This document shows positions 37,063-45,556 of a stretch of 64,000 nt of DNA, one piece after another. How positions within the stretch are numbered: the first letter of the stretch is position 1; the number at the start of each line of letters is the position of its first letter. This DNA comes from an uncultured virus (IMG/VR IMGVR_UViG_3300031857_009768). Its lineage: Duplodnaviria > Heunggongvirae > Uroviricota > Caudoviricetes. Location: the IMG/VR virus record IMGVR_UViG_3300031857_009768; one strand, given 5' to 3'. The notes beneath the pieces were generated by a model. It was given only the letters and a program-made list of their open reading frames with translations. It had not been told where the DNA came from and did not search any database. The translations under genes were made by a program, and so were the position numbers.

Positions 37063-37743
37063 TTAACCTTTCTCAAATTTTGAACCAGTCTCAGTAGCAA
37101 TCCAGTATTGTAGATTCAGAGTTTTATGTCTGAAGTTTGAAATACCTTTTGAGGAGATTTTCACTTCATAAGAACCAGAAATCATTTTGATATTCTCAAT
37201 CTTAAAAATCATTTTATACTTGTCGCCGTTGCCCTTGGCAATCTCAAGTGAATCTGTATGTGCGGCATCATTAGTCATGTCAAGAGCAATGACATAAACG
37301 TTTTGACCGTCAGACTCAACTGCCATATAGCTTGACGATAGAACACCCGCCGCTTTCATAATCCAATCAAAGTCTTCTTGCTTCAAATCAAAAGAGATTT
37401 CAGCATCTGGCATTGAAATTGGTTTATCTGGAGCAGCAACAATCATGTTAGGCGCACAGAAACGATACTTGATTTTGCTGCGACCTTGTAAACCAGAAAT
37501 CAAAATGTTGCTTGTATCAAACTCAATTACAGGATCATCTTTGTGTAATGTTAGAACAGACAGGAAGTTGTTCAGATCATATACACCAAACTCAGCAGGA
37601 ATTTCTTCATTGATTGTTGCTTCAGCCATCACATTCTTGTGTGGAGATACTGTCCGAAGTATTTTACCTTTCTTGAACAGAATACCCTGATTGATAGCAG
37701 CAAAGTTTTTCAACACCGAAAGTGTTTCATTTGAAAGTTTCAT
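37063..37743 (-). CDS. gp45: Sliding clamp
   Basis: MKLSNETLSVLKNFAAIN, FGVYDLNNFL, YWIATE. Confidence 0.95.
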   Translation of the reverse strand: MKLSNETLSVLKNFAAINQGILFKKGKILRTVSPHKNVMAEATINEEIPAEFGVYDLNNFLSVLTLHKDDPVIEFDTSNILISGLQGRSKIKYRFCAPNMIVAAPDKPISMPDAEISFDLKQEDFDWIMKAAGVLSSSYMAVESDGQNVYVIALDMTNDAAHTDSLEIAKGNGDKYKMIFKIENIKMISGSYEVKISSKGISNFRHKTLNLQYWIATETGSKFEKG

Positions 37744-37746
37744 AAT

Positions 37747-38016
37747 TTATTTCCTCGTCAAATCATGGTTATGTAAAGCCATTATAGCATAGTGTACAAC
37801 TTTCATCAAGTCATCACGATTGTAACCATTCTTTTTACCATATCGTTGTGCGTATTTGATGATGTTACCAATAAAGAATCCTTCACCGTGCCCACAGTCA
37901 ATGATGAATTCGGAAGTTTGAAATTTGTTTAGTGAGTAGTGTTGACCGTATGTCTTATCGACGTATTCTTTTACATCTTTAAGAATACGGTCTTCACTGT
38001 ACTTGTAGTCGATCAC
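37747..38016 (-). CDS. Conserved phage protein (DUF3310-like)
   Basis: TYGQHY, GFFIGNIIKYAQRYGKK..DLMKVVHY. Confidence 0.7.
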   Translation of the reverse strand: MIDYKYSEDRILKDVKEYVDKTYGQHYSLNKFQTSEFIIDCGHGEGFFIGNIIKYAQRYGKKNGYNRDDLMKVVHYAIMALHNHDLTRK

Positions 38017-38828
38017 AATCTACCGGTATACTGAGCAACAGCGGGCATGTTGCCAGTAAATGCGTATGTACCAATATGCTGCGTCTTCATCCATGGACAC
38101 AACCAAACTTGTCCACCAATCTTACGCCACATCTGACAGAACATATAATCTTCTGATAGATAACGTTCAGAACCACCACCGACACACGAATCAACAGTAT
38201 CAATCACTGTGTCGAAGTAAGCATGAATGTAACGTGAGCCATCGAAGTGTGCTTGTCCAACATGATCAGGTTTGTATTTGATTTGAGGATAAGCATCTTT
38301 CATTTTATCAAATACATCACGTTTGATCATCATATGACCCGTACCAATTTCCATTACTTCTAATGGATCAGATACTTGAAATTGTTGTGTGCCTTTTACT
38401 ACATTAAACACATATTCACCAACAAGATTTTCAAGTTCTCTTGGATTTAAATCGGGATGGCGACGAGCAGTTTCAGCAATGTTGTTCCAATTGATTGACT
38501 TCTTGGGATAGGGACCACCAATAACATCTTTATCAAGTGCCATTAGTGCTACGATATCATTCGGATCAAAGTGAATGTCCGAATCGATAAACATCATGTG
38601 TGTAAAATCTGTGCGTAGAAACTCATCTACCAAATAATTTCTTGCTCTTGTGATGAGTGATTCGTTGAAGAGAAAAGAAAACTTTGTTTCAATGCCATAA
38701 CGAATCATAACGGTTTGAAGATCAAGGCACGACTTCATGTATAGACCGTGATTCATTCCACCATACATCGGTGTGGCAATGAACAGTTTGTTTTTTCTTA
38801 GTTGTTCAATATCGACTTGTATTTGCAT
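38013..38828 (-). CDS. GT-A fold glycosyltransferase-like protein
   Basis: IATPMYGG, ESLITRARN, FIDSDI (DxD), GTGHM, LSEDY. Confidence 0.75.
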   Translation of the reverse strand: MQIQVDIEQLRKNKLFIATPMYGGMNHGLYMKSCLDLQTVMIRYGIETKFSFLFNESLITRARNYLVDEFLRTDFTHMMFIDSDIHFDPNDIVALMALDKDVIGGPYPKKSINWNNIAETARRHPDLNPRELENLVGEYVFNVVKGTQQFQVSDPLEVMEIGTGHMMIKRDVFDKMKDAYPQIKYKPDHVGQAHFDGSRYIHAYFDTVIDTVDSCVGGGSERYLSEDYMFCQMWRKIGGQVWLCPWMKTQHIGTYAFTGNMPAVAQYTGRL

Positions 38829-38840
38829 AATCTATCCATA

Positions 38841-38876
38841 AAAAAGAGTGAGAACACATAATATATATGTTCTCAC
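38841..38876 (-). terminator. Intrinsic terminator candidate
   Basis: GTGAGAACA...TGTTCTCAC stem followed by TCTTTTTT on minus strand. Confidence 0.55.
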
Positions 38877-38897
38877 CCCACCAGTTTCTAACCTATT

Positions 38898-39161
38898 TTA
38901 GGCAAATGCTTCTGCTCCAAGAACAGCATGTGCCATAGCAACCATTTCTTTAGTTGGCTTGCCGAGTTTGTAGTAAGTGATACGGCGACCATCAGCAAGA
39001 GTTTTCTTGTTGGTGTAGATGCAGTAACCTTCAGCACGAAGTTCTTCAATGCGGGCACCAACATTAGCGATACCAAAACGGGCACGTGCTTGTGCGGCAG
39101 TCAAAGTATTGTAAGGACCATCCTTAGAAAGGAACTTTAGAATTTTCTCTTTAGCAGACAT
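38898..39161 (-). CDS. Small winged-helix-like DNA-binding protein
   Basis: LTAAQARARFGIANVGARIEELRAEGYCIYTN. Confidence 0.7.
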   Translation of the reverse strand: MSAKEKILKFLSKDGPYNTLTAAQARARFGIANVGARIEELRAEGYCIYTNKKTLADGRRITYYKLGKPTKEMVAMAHAVLGAEAFA

Positions 39162-39182
39162 TCAATTTACTCCATAAAAATT

Positions 39183-39225
39183 AGTCGCACAAAAAATAAA
39201 AAGAGTAGAGGCGACTTTTCTCTAC
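39183..39225 (-). promoter_or_regulatory. Putative H-type RNA pseudoknot in 5' leader
   Basis: GUAGAG-AAA-AGUCGC-CUCUAC-16 nt-GCGACU: two perfect interleaved 6-bp stems. Confidence 0.6.
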
Positions 39226-39234
39226 ATTCTTAAC

Positions 39235-39263
39235 ATTATATAAAAAAAGAGAGAGTGTGTCAA
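39235..39263 (-). promoter_or_regulatory. Consensus sigma70 early promoter
   Basis: TTGACA-17 bp-TATAAT exact. Confidence 0.88.
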
Positions 39264-39270
39264 CACTCTC
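39242..39270 (-). terminator. Intrinsic terminator after the MoxR ATPase, overlapping the next promoter
   Basis: GAGAGTGT-TGAC-ACACTCTC then TCTTTTTTT. Confidence 0.7.
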
Positions 39271-39293
39271 CCTGGTAAAAGTGAACTATTACC

Positions 39294-40493
39294 TTAGAAC
39301 GGCTGTTCGTCAGAAGTAGTTACCGATGATTCGTCAGAGGCAGCTGGTGCGGCATTTGGATCGATACCTGCATCAATCTTAGTGTACAGATCAAGGAAGG
39401 TAATCTTAGTATCAGCATCAAAGCGATTCAAGCAATACTCAATTGCCTTTTTCTTATCGCCGTAGATACCGAAAGTTTTGACAATGTGTACCAGACGGCG
39501 GGTCGAAATAACCTCATCACAGCCACCATCAGCAAAGGTATTACGAATCGTATTTGCCCAAGTGACTAGGTTCTTGGCAAAGACTTCATCAGTAGAACCG
39601 ATCTGACCTACCGACGCTAGTTCTTTGACGATAATCTTTTCTTCAATACGTGCAGGTGGCCATTCTTGCTCCATTGTATTTGGGAAACGTTCAAGAAACG
39701 CCTCATTCAATACATTGGTAAACATATAGCGACCATCTTCAGAACCTTTACCTTTTGTGTTAGCAGTAGCGAACACAGTAAAGCCAGGCGCAGGTGTAAC
39801 AAGTTCATTCTTTTTCTTTAGCAAGAATGGCTTACCCTCAAGTACCCGTTGTAAGCACGACAAATTTTGTGCGCCGTAATCAATCTCATCAATACAGAGT
39901 ACAGCACCTTGGCGGGCTGCTACAGTCACAGGACCGTCACGCCATTCCATCTGACCGTTGATCAGAACATAGTTACCAAGCAAATCACTCTCATCGGAAT
40001 CTGGTGTCATTGATACGCAAACGAATTTGCGTTTTGCTTTGGCACAAGCCTGTTCAATACTCATGGTCTTACCGTTACCAGATTGACCAGTGATGAACAC
40101 AGGGAAGAATTGTTTTGATTTCACAATTGACAACACATCTTCAAAGTTGCCAAAAGGAACATAGTTGTCATATTGAGAAGGAACCAGATTCTCAAGTTCA
40201 AGATCAGTTGTCACATTGGCAATGCGATTACCTTGAACAGGCTCAGGCTTTGTCATAGGGATTACTTGTGCCACCATATTGATAGCTGGTGCTGCTGGTG
40301 CGGCTTTGGAGAAGCCAGGAACACGGAACACACCACGCTTGATGCGATATGATTCATCTTTGGTATACCATTGTGGCCATTTCAATCCAGTCTTTTCCAC
40401 GATAATACGAATATCGTCAGTGTTAACTTCTGACTTACCGGTTGTCAAAAGAGCATCAAGAAACAGCTGGCGTTTTTCAGAACGACTTGTCAT
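39294..40493 (-). CDS. MoxR-type AAA+ ATPase (phage CobS-like)
   Basis: GQSGNGKT, LCIDEID, ATANTKGKG, NEAFLERF, ISTRRL. Confidence 0.9.
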   Translation of the reverse strand: MTSRSEKRQLFLDALLTTGKSEVNTDDIRIIVEKTGLKWPQWYTKDESYRIKRGVFRVPGFSKAAPAAPAINMVAQVIPMTKPEPVQGNRIANVTTDLELENLVPSQYDNYVPFGNFEDVLSIVKSKQFFPVFITGQSGNGKTMSIEQACAKAKRKFVCVSMTPDSDESDLLGNYVLINGQMEWRDGPVTVAARQGAVLCIDEIDYGAQNLSCLQRVLEGKPFLLKKKNELVTPAPGFTVFATANTKGKGSEDGRYMFTNVLNEAFLERFPNTMEQEWPPARIEEKIIVKELASVGQIGSTDEVFAKNLVTWANTIRNTFADGGCDEVISTRRLVHIVKTFGIYGDKKKAIEYCLNRFDADTKITFLDLYTKIDAGIDPNAAPAASDESSVTTSDEQPF

Positions 40494-40525
40494 AATATAA
40501 ACTCTCCATCACATTAGGAACTACT

Positions 40526-40554
40526 ATTATAAATGGAACCCACCACTCTGTCAA
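40526..40554 (-). promoter_or_regulatory. Consensus sigma70 early promoter
   Basis: TTGACA-17 bp-TATAAT exact. Confidence 0.88.
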
Positions 40555-40568
40555 GTGGTGGTGTGTTA

Positions 40569-42857
40569 TCAAACTGCTATCATACCGATGAAACGTGATA
40601 CCAGAACACGATTGACTTGGCGATTCTTGGTATACTTACCAAATGCTTTAGTCAAAGTCGTTGTGGTAACTTTTGTTGGTGTTTCAAAGTCTTCATCTTC
40701 AATACTCAAATCACCACCACCTGGCAAAATGAAGAATGATTCATAGCCAGGGTTTCTTGATTCAAGGAACTTATCTTTGCGAATCAATTTGATATACTTG
40801 GCATATGTTTCTTTGATCTGAAGATAGTTTTCACGTGGTGATTTACGCAGTTCATCAAGTTCAGCATTGAACAAACGACGGCGTACAGCATTTTTCATAT
40901 TGTAGTTTGGCGACAAATAGAAGCCGATGATTTTCACACCACTTGTTTTTGTCAACCAATTACTAATAGCGATACGAATACCATCATCACCTTCAGATAC
41001 CTCTTGCTGAATTTTGTTTTTCTTATCACATAGAAAAACGTTCTGATAACTTGGATTGAAGAAGTTTCGGTTGTTTGAAATGCTCGCACTCTCAGTCAGA
41101 TTGTGATACGAATTGATATCATCAGCATCACCATCGTGAACCACACACAAGTTTACAATATCAAGATTGTTCACAGTGCGGAAATCTTTGATAATTGATT
41201 GACAAGCAATCATCGCCTCAGTCAACGGTGTATTGGACAGTGAATCGGATTGTGGGCGATAAAAATTAGTACCTCTAGAATAACGACCACCTGACCAAGC
41301 ATTCATGAGACACAGAATATTCTTTGTTGCCTTAGAAAATTCTGAGTTACTCATCTTTGAGTTAATTAACTCACGAAGATACACCGAAGACAAGTGCATC
41401 TCACGATTGTTTTCAGAGAAGCAACCATAAGATTTACCTGTACCAGGTTCTTCACGGTAGTCAATCGTTTCACGAACATGATCAGCATTACCGAAACCAT
41501 ACGCCGCAAATGGAATGTTTACTTTGCGGCAGAAGGTAGCCAACACAAGTATCTGTTCATATGATGCACCAAGGTTCTCTGACATTGAACCAGACTTATC
41601 AAGCAACAAAATCAAGCCGTGCGATTTACCTTTAGGCACACGCATAACTTTTTTGAAAATGTTATCGTCAATCTGATATTTGAAAACACGGCTTACATCA
41701 ATGTCACCAGTTGACGATGTTTTAGCTTTAGAAAACTTATCGGCAGCCTTACGCATTTCAAATTCTTTTGCCAACAATGAAATGAATCGTTCGTTCTTAC
41801 GACGAAAATCATTGTACAAAGTATTGGCAATTGATTCGTAGTCAGAAGGTCGTTGTTTTGAAAACTCTTCAGTCAGAACTTCCTGTACACGTTTTGCTGG
41901 TGTGACAATCTTTGCAAGATTCGGTTTAGGAATGTCAATGTAAACATACTCACGTGCTTGTTTGGCAATGAGTTTGTTTTCATTCTGACGGAAGTTTTCA
42001 TCAGTCTCACACCGTGGTTCAGAAGTTTGATCCTCACGTACACTTTGTGATTCTTTGGTACGATTTATACCACTTTTGTCTTCACCATCAACATCACCCT
42101 CTTCATCCGATTCTTCATCAGCACTTGATGCTGATTCTTTTTCTTGATCGCCATCTTCACCTTCGGCTTTAGTCTTGGACTTTTGTTCGCCTTGACCATC
42201 AGTCTCAGCATCACCCTCATTTGAACCGGGTTCTGTTTCGTAATCTTCATCACCCTCATCATACTCAAAATTATCTTGAGGTGTATTAGTCTGAGACTGT
42301 TCTTCTTTTGAATATTCCCAAATTTCATTAGTGACTTTGAGAACATCATCCCATGTTTCGCAAGCCTGAACACGTTCAACGAAAGCCTGTTCAGTCGCAT
42401 TGAATACAACAGGTAAGGTGTAACTGGATTTACTGTAAAGATTCAATCGATCAATGAATGTCATATGATTATAATCACGACCATTCAGACCAAAGAAGTC
42501 TTTGTCCATGAGTTCATTGAAACCGTTCGTAAATGAACGGCGCAGACCAGGGTAACGGCGTTTCTGACGTTTTTCGATACGGGCATCCTCAACTACATTC
42601 AAAAAGCCTTTGTAGTTAGCACCACGATCATGTACAGCACCATGCCAACCATCGGCAGGTGTATCAATGGCGTGACCGACTTCATGACCCATTAGCAAGT
42701 CATAAAGATCGCCCGACATTTGTTCCCAGATAGGGCAAGTTAGAATACGGTTTTTAGGATCGAACATTGCCGTTGACACTTTGGCATGTTGAACGATAAG
42801 ATTCTCGGTTGCCATCAGTTTGGCAAGCCCAGACTTTTGATTTTGAATGTTACTCAT
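40569..42857 (-). CDS. Metallopeptidase-VWA protein (CobT-like partner of the MoxR ATPase)
   Basis: HEVGH, NVVEDARIE, acidic linker, MIDAS LDKSGSM...TPL...DGD. Confidence 0.85.
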   Translation of the reverse strand: MSNIQNQKSGLAKLMATENLIVQHAKVSTAMFDPKNRILTCPIWEQMSGDLYDLLMGHEVGHAIDTPADGWHGAVHDRGANYKGFLNVVEDARIEKRQKRRYPGLRRSFTNGFNELMDKDFFGLNGRDYNHMTFIDRLNLYSKSSYTLPVVFNATEQAFVERVQACETWDDVLKVTNEIWEYSKEEQSQTNTPQDNFEYDEGDEDYETEPGSNEGDAETDGQGEQKSKTKAEGEDGDQEKESASSADEESDEEGDVDGEDKSGINRTKESQSVREDQTSEPRCETDENFRQNENKLIAKQAREYVYIDIPKPNLAKIVTPAKRVQEVLTEEFSKQRPSDYESIANTLYNDFRRKNERFISLLAKEFEMRKAADKFSKAKTSSTGDIDVSRVFKYQIDDNIFKKVMRVPKGKSHGLILLLDKSGSMSENLGASYEQILVLATFCRKVNIPFAAYGFGNADHVRETIDYREEPGTGKSYGCFSENNREMHLSSVYLRELINSKMSNSEFSKATKNILCLMNAWSGGRYSRGTNFYRPQSDSLSNTPLTEAMIACQSIIKDFRTVNNLDIVNLCVVHDGDADDINSYHNLTESASISNNRNFFNPSYQNVFLCDKKNKIQQEVSEGDDGIRIAISNWLTKTSGVKIIGFYLSPNYNMKNAVRRRLFNAELDELRKSPRENYLQIKETYAKYIKLIRKDKFLESRNPGYESFFILPGGGDLSIEDEDFETPTKVTTTTLTKAFGKYTKNRQVNRVLVSRFIGMIAV

Positions 42858-42886
42858 TCGATAACCTCATTCATCATTGAACAGTC

Positions 42887-42915
42887 ATTATATATGATGA
42901 TCTGAGGTTTGTCAA
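42887..42915 (-). promoter_or_regulatory. Consensus sigma70 early promoter
   Basis: TTGACA-17 bp-TATAAT exact. Confidence 0.88.
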
Positions 42916-42962
42916 GTGTTGTTGAATTAACAATATTTTCCCCAATCAATCACTATAAGTTC

Positions 42963-42991
42963 ATGATATCATAGGGGAAAAACTTTGTCAA
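42963..42991 (-). promoter_or_regulatory. Second tandem sigma70 promoter
   Basis: TTGACA-17 bp-TATCAT with extended -10 TG. Confidence 0.65.
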
Positions 42992-43884
42992 GACTTGAAA
43001 TTTGTTGTCAATTTCATACCATACTCATTCTTACCCTGTGGCAATGTGATGTCTTTTTTGTAACGAAGTTCGTTCTTCTTGAATGGCGAATAGTCAACAT
43101 AGTGATGCCATCTCTTGTATCGCCAAACCATTCTTGCTACATCAGGATGCATTCTTACCAACATTTCTGATTTGTTTCTTGTACCTTCGGCATTCACACC
43201 ATCTACCCAATGATTCTTTTCGATACCCTCTTTGTGATAGAACTCTTCGGTGTTACCACCCTTGACAGTTTGTGTTGCTGCTTTACCTTGTAGAAAAGCA
43301 TTAAACTGAATTGTACAATCACCATCTTTCAGCACACGTAGGCAGATATCGGTATCTTCATTGTAACGACCACGCCAACGATGTTTGCAATTGTTGTCTA
43401 TCAACAAAGTAGAATAGATTCGTGTGTTCTTTACATACGGTGGATAACTCTGATTTGGTGCAATGAAGAATCGATATTGAAAACCAGAAATTGGTACATT
43501 CTCAAAACGATCAACGAAGTCTTCTGCTGCTTTAAAGATGACACCAGATTCTACACGGATTCGTTGATTCTTATGTAGTCTGTAGAAGTCTGAAATGTTA
43601 TCATCAAGCACCCAATGTTTTTTTGCACCGATAGTGATAGAGTGATCCCAAGCAAAGTTTCTTGCTCGACCAGGGCCATCACCATGATTACTGAAGGGTG
43701 CTACAATCAGTGTAACATAATCACGAATCTTAAAATTGTCTAATGCTTTTTCGTAGGCTTCTTTATCTTGTGGTTCAATGACTATGTAATGCGGCACTTT
43801 CATTCGAGCCAAAGATTTCGATGTGATCATCGAATCAGCACGACCTTTAGAAACGATATAAACTGGATGTGTCGGATTGCTCAT
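42988..43884 (-). CDS. TET-associated (TAGT/GREB1-like) glycosyltransferase
   Basis: VYIVSKGR, ARNFAWD, WVLDDNI, WRGRYNEDTD, KGGN, HHYVDY. Confidence 0.75.
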   Translation of the reverse strand: MSNPTHPVYIVSKGRADSMITSKSLARMKVPHYIVIEPQDKEAYEKALDNFKIRDYVTLIVAPFSNHGDGPGRARNFAWDHSITIGAKKHWVLDDNISDFYRLHKNQRIRVESGVIFKAAEDFVDRFENVPISGFQYRFFIAPNQSYPPYVKNTRIYSTLLIDNNCKHRWRGRYNEDTDICLRVLKDGDCTIQFNAFLQGKAATQTVKGGNTEEFYHKEGIEKNHWVDGVNAEGTRNKSEMLVRMHPDVARMVWRYKRWHHYVDYSPFKKNELRYKKDITLPQGKNEYGMKLTTNFKS

Positions 43885-44641
43885 TTCTTTTCCATATCAA
43901 AGGTTTGTTGTTCCATATTCCACATTTGATGTTTTCATACTGTCTTCTTTTCAAATGCTGATTAAACATCTTGCTTATTTTTTCTTGACTTACTATTGTA
44001 CCATAAACATCATAGTTTATAAAGTGACCCATTCCCCATGTATTGAATGAGTTTGCTACAATCATGTGTTTTGGATTTAACGTGTCAATAATGCTATCTA
44101 CATGTTCAATCGGATTATAAATGTGTTCGAAGTATTCTGAAGCAAACAGTATATCAACCGATTCACCAACTTCAGTAATCGATTCTATCAGATTGAAACC
44201 CATTCTTTCTGCCATCACTTCACATAATTTCCATTGTTTAGTATCTCTTAGGTTTATGGCATAGATTTTTGCTTCAGGAAAAATTTGTTTCAGTAAACAT
44301 GTACTATAACTTATACCACAACCAATGTCAACAATAACTTTGGCATTTTTGAGTTCATCAAAGTGGGGTGATTTTATCACTCGTTTAATGTAGTCTCTGC
44401 TGTATTCCGCAAAGCAATTAAAAATATCTATGAAGTAGTAATCATGATTGTAGACATCATAAATGTTTCTGGTGCTTTGATGAGCCAAATCATCATACCA
44501 TTTTTCAGATAACTCAAGAAAAATCTTGTCGGTTTTTCTAATTGCTCTACATTCTTCAGCATCTATGTTAAACAGACTGCCATAGTCTTTTAGAAAATAC
44601 TCAAATAAAACGGAAGGCTTTTCTTTGAGAAAATCCATCAC
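43847..44641 (-). CDS. Class I SAM methyltransferase
   Basis: IVDIGCGISY, ASEYFEHI. Confidence 0.75.
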   Translation of the reverse strand: MMDFLKEKPSVLFEYFLKDYGSLFNIDAEECRAIRKTDKIFLELSEKWYDDLAHQSTRNIYDVYNHDYYFIDIFNCFAEYSRDYIKRVIKSPHFDELKNAKVIVDIGCGISYSTCLLKQIFPEAKIYAINLRDTKQWKLCEVMAERMGFNLIESITEVGESVDILFASEYFEHIYNPIEHVDSIIDTLNPKHMIVANSFNTWGMGHFINYDVYGTIVSQEKISKMFNQHLKRRQYENIKCGIWNNKPLIWKRNEQSDTSSLYRF

Positions 44642-44991
44642 TCTTCAATCCATCTCTTTAGCATATTCTCATCACGCTCAAGTTTTGGATGCCAAATAGA
44701 TTTCGTTTTCATTGTCAAGTTTTGCTCAATGAGTTTGGCAAATGCTTCATAATCTTCTTGATTGCGGAAATGAACATAGATTGTTTTGTAAGTTTTCTTG
44801 TCGTTCTGTTCGAACTCAGGCATACCTACCCAATGTTTTTTCCATTCAACATTGTTTACGTCAACACCACCCTGTTCATCTTCTTCATCTTCACCAAAAA
44901 AACGATTGAGTGTTGGAGGTTGATATTCATCAGTCAACAACTCCATACAGTTTTCGTATGTACTAGATTCTTTGGCTTGTTTGGTTTCCAT
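44638..44991 (-). CDS. Small acidic hypothetical protein of the TAGT locus
   Basis: WVGMPEFEQ...VHFRNQEDYEAF...TKSIWHP; likely start METKQ. Confidence 0.6.
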   Translation of the reverse strand: METKQAKESSTYENCMELLTDEYQPPTLNRFFGEDEEDEQGGVDVNNVEWKKHWVGMPEFEQNDKKTYKTIYVHFRNQEDYEAFAKLIEQNLTMKTKSIWHPKLERDENMLKRWIEE

Positions 44992-45556
44992 TCTTGTGAC
45001 TCCTAATAATTTTCTTAACAATTTTGTTGGCTTTTTGCCTTGCCATTTTTAACGCAAGCGACTTCACATGACTAGTATATCTTATTCCATCAAGATGATC
45101 AAGTTCATGAAGAAAACACCGTGCAGATAAACCGTGAAGTTTTACTTGTTTCACTTCACCAAACTCATCGGTAAATTCTACTTCAATCCACGAAGGTCTT
45201 TCGACATTCAAAAACAAACCCGGATAAGATAGGCAACCCTCTTTGTCCTTAACCGCAGGACCTTGATCAATCACTTTAGGATTGACACACACAAGTTGGA
45301 AGTCATCCGTACCAATGACAAAGATTCTTTCGGCAACACCACATTGATTCGCTGACAAGCCCAAACCAGAATATAGTTTCATTGTCATCTTCAATCTTTT
45401 GGCTAGTGTGACTAATGCTGGAGCAGGAAAGCCACCTGCATATTCAGGTATCTTTTGACCAAGCATAAAGTAATCTTCACCAAAAATTCGTAAAGGATCA
45501 ATTCTCTCTATGGGTTGTATGCCAGCGGCGGTATCAATTGTTAGTATCTCACTCAT
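44963..45556 (-). CDS. def: Peptide deformylase
   Basis: GLGLSANQ, EGCLS, HELDH. Confidence 0.94.
   Translation of the reverse strand: MSEILTIDTAAGIQPIERIDPLRIFGEDYFMLGQKIPEYAGGFPAPALVTLAKRLKMTMKLYSGLGLSANQCGVAERIFVIGTDDFQLVCVNPKVIDQGPAVKDKEGCLSYPGLFLNVERPSWIEVEFTDEFGEVKQVKLHGLSARCFLHELDHLDGIRYTSHVKSLALKMARQKANKIVKKIIRSHKNGNQTSQRI

Noticed and set aside
39294..42857. Cobalamin biosynthesis (cobS/cobT) supplying the B12 radical SAM enzyme
   Set aside because: No cobN or other cob genes; the VWA protein has a peptidase motif, fitting a generic MoxR-VWA pair
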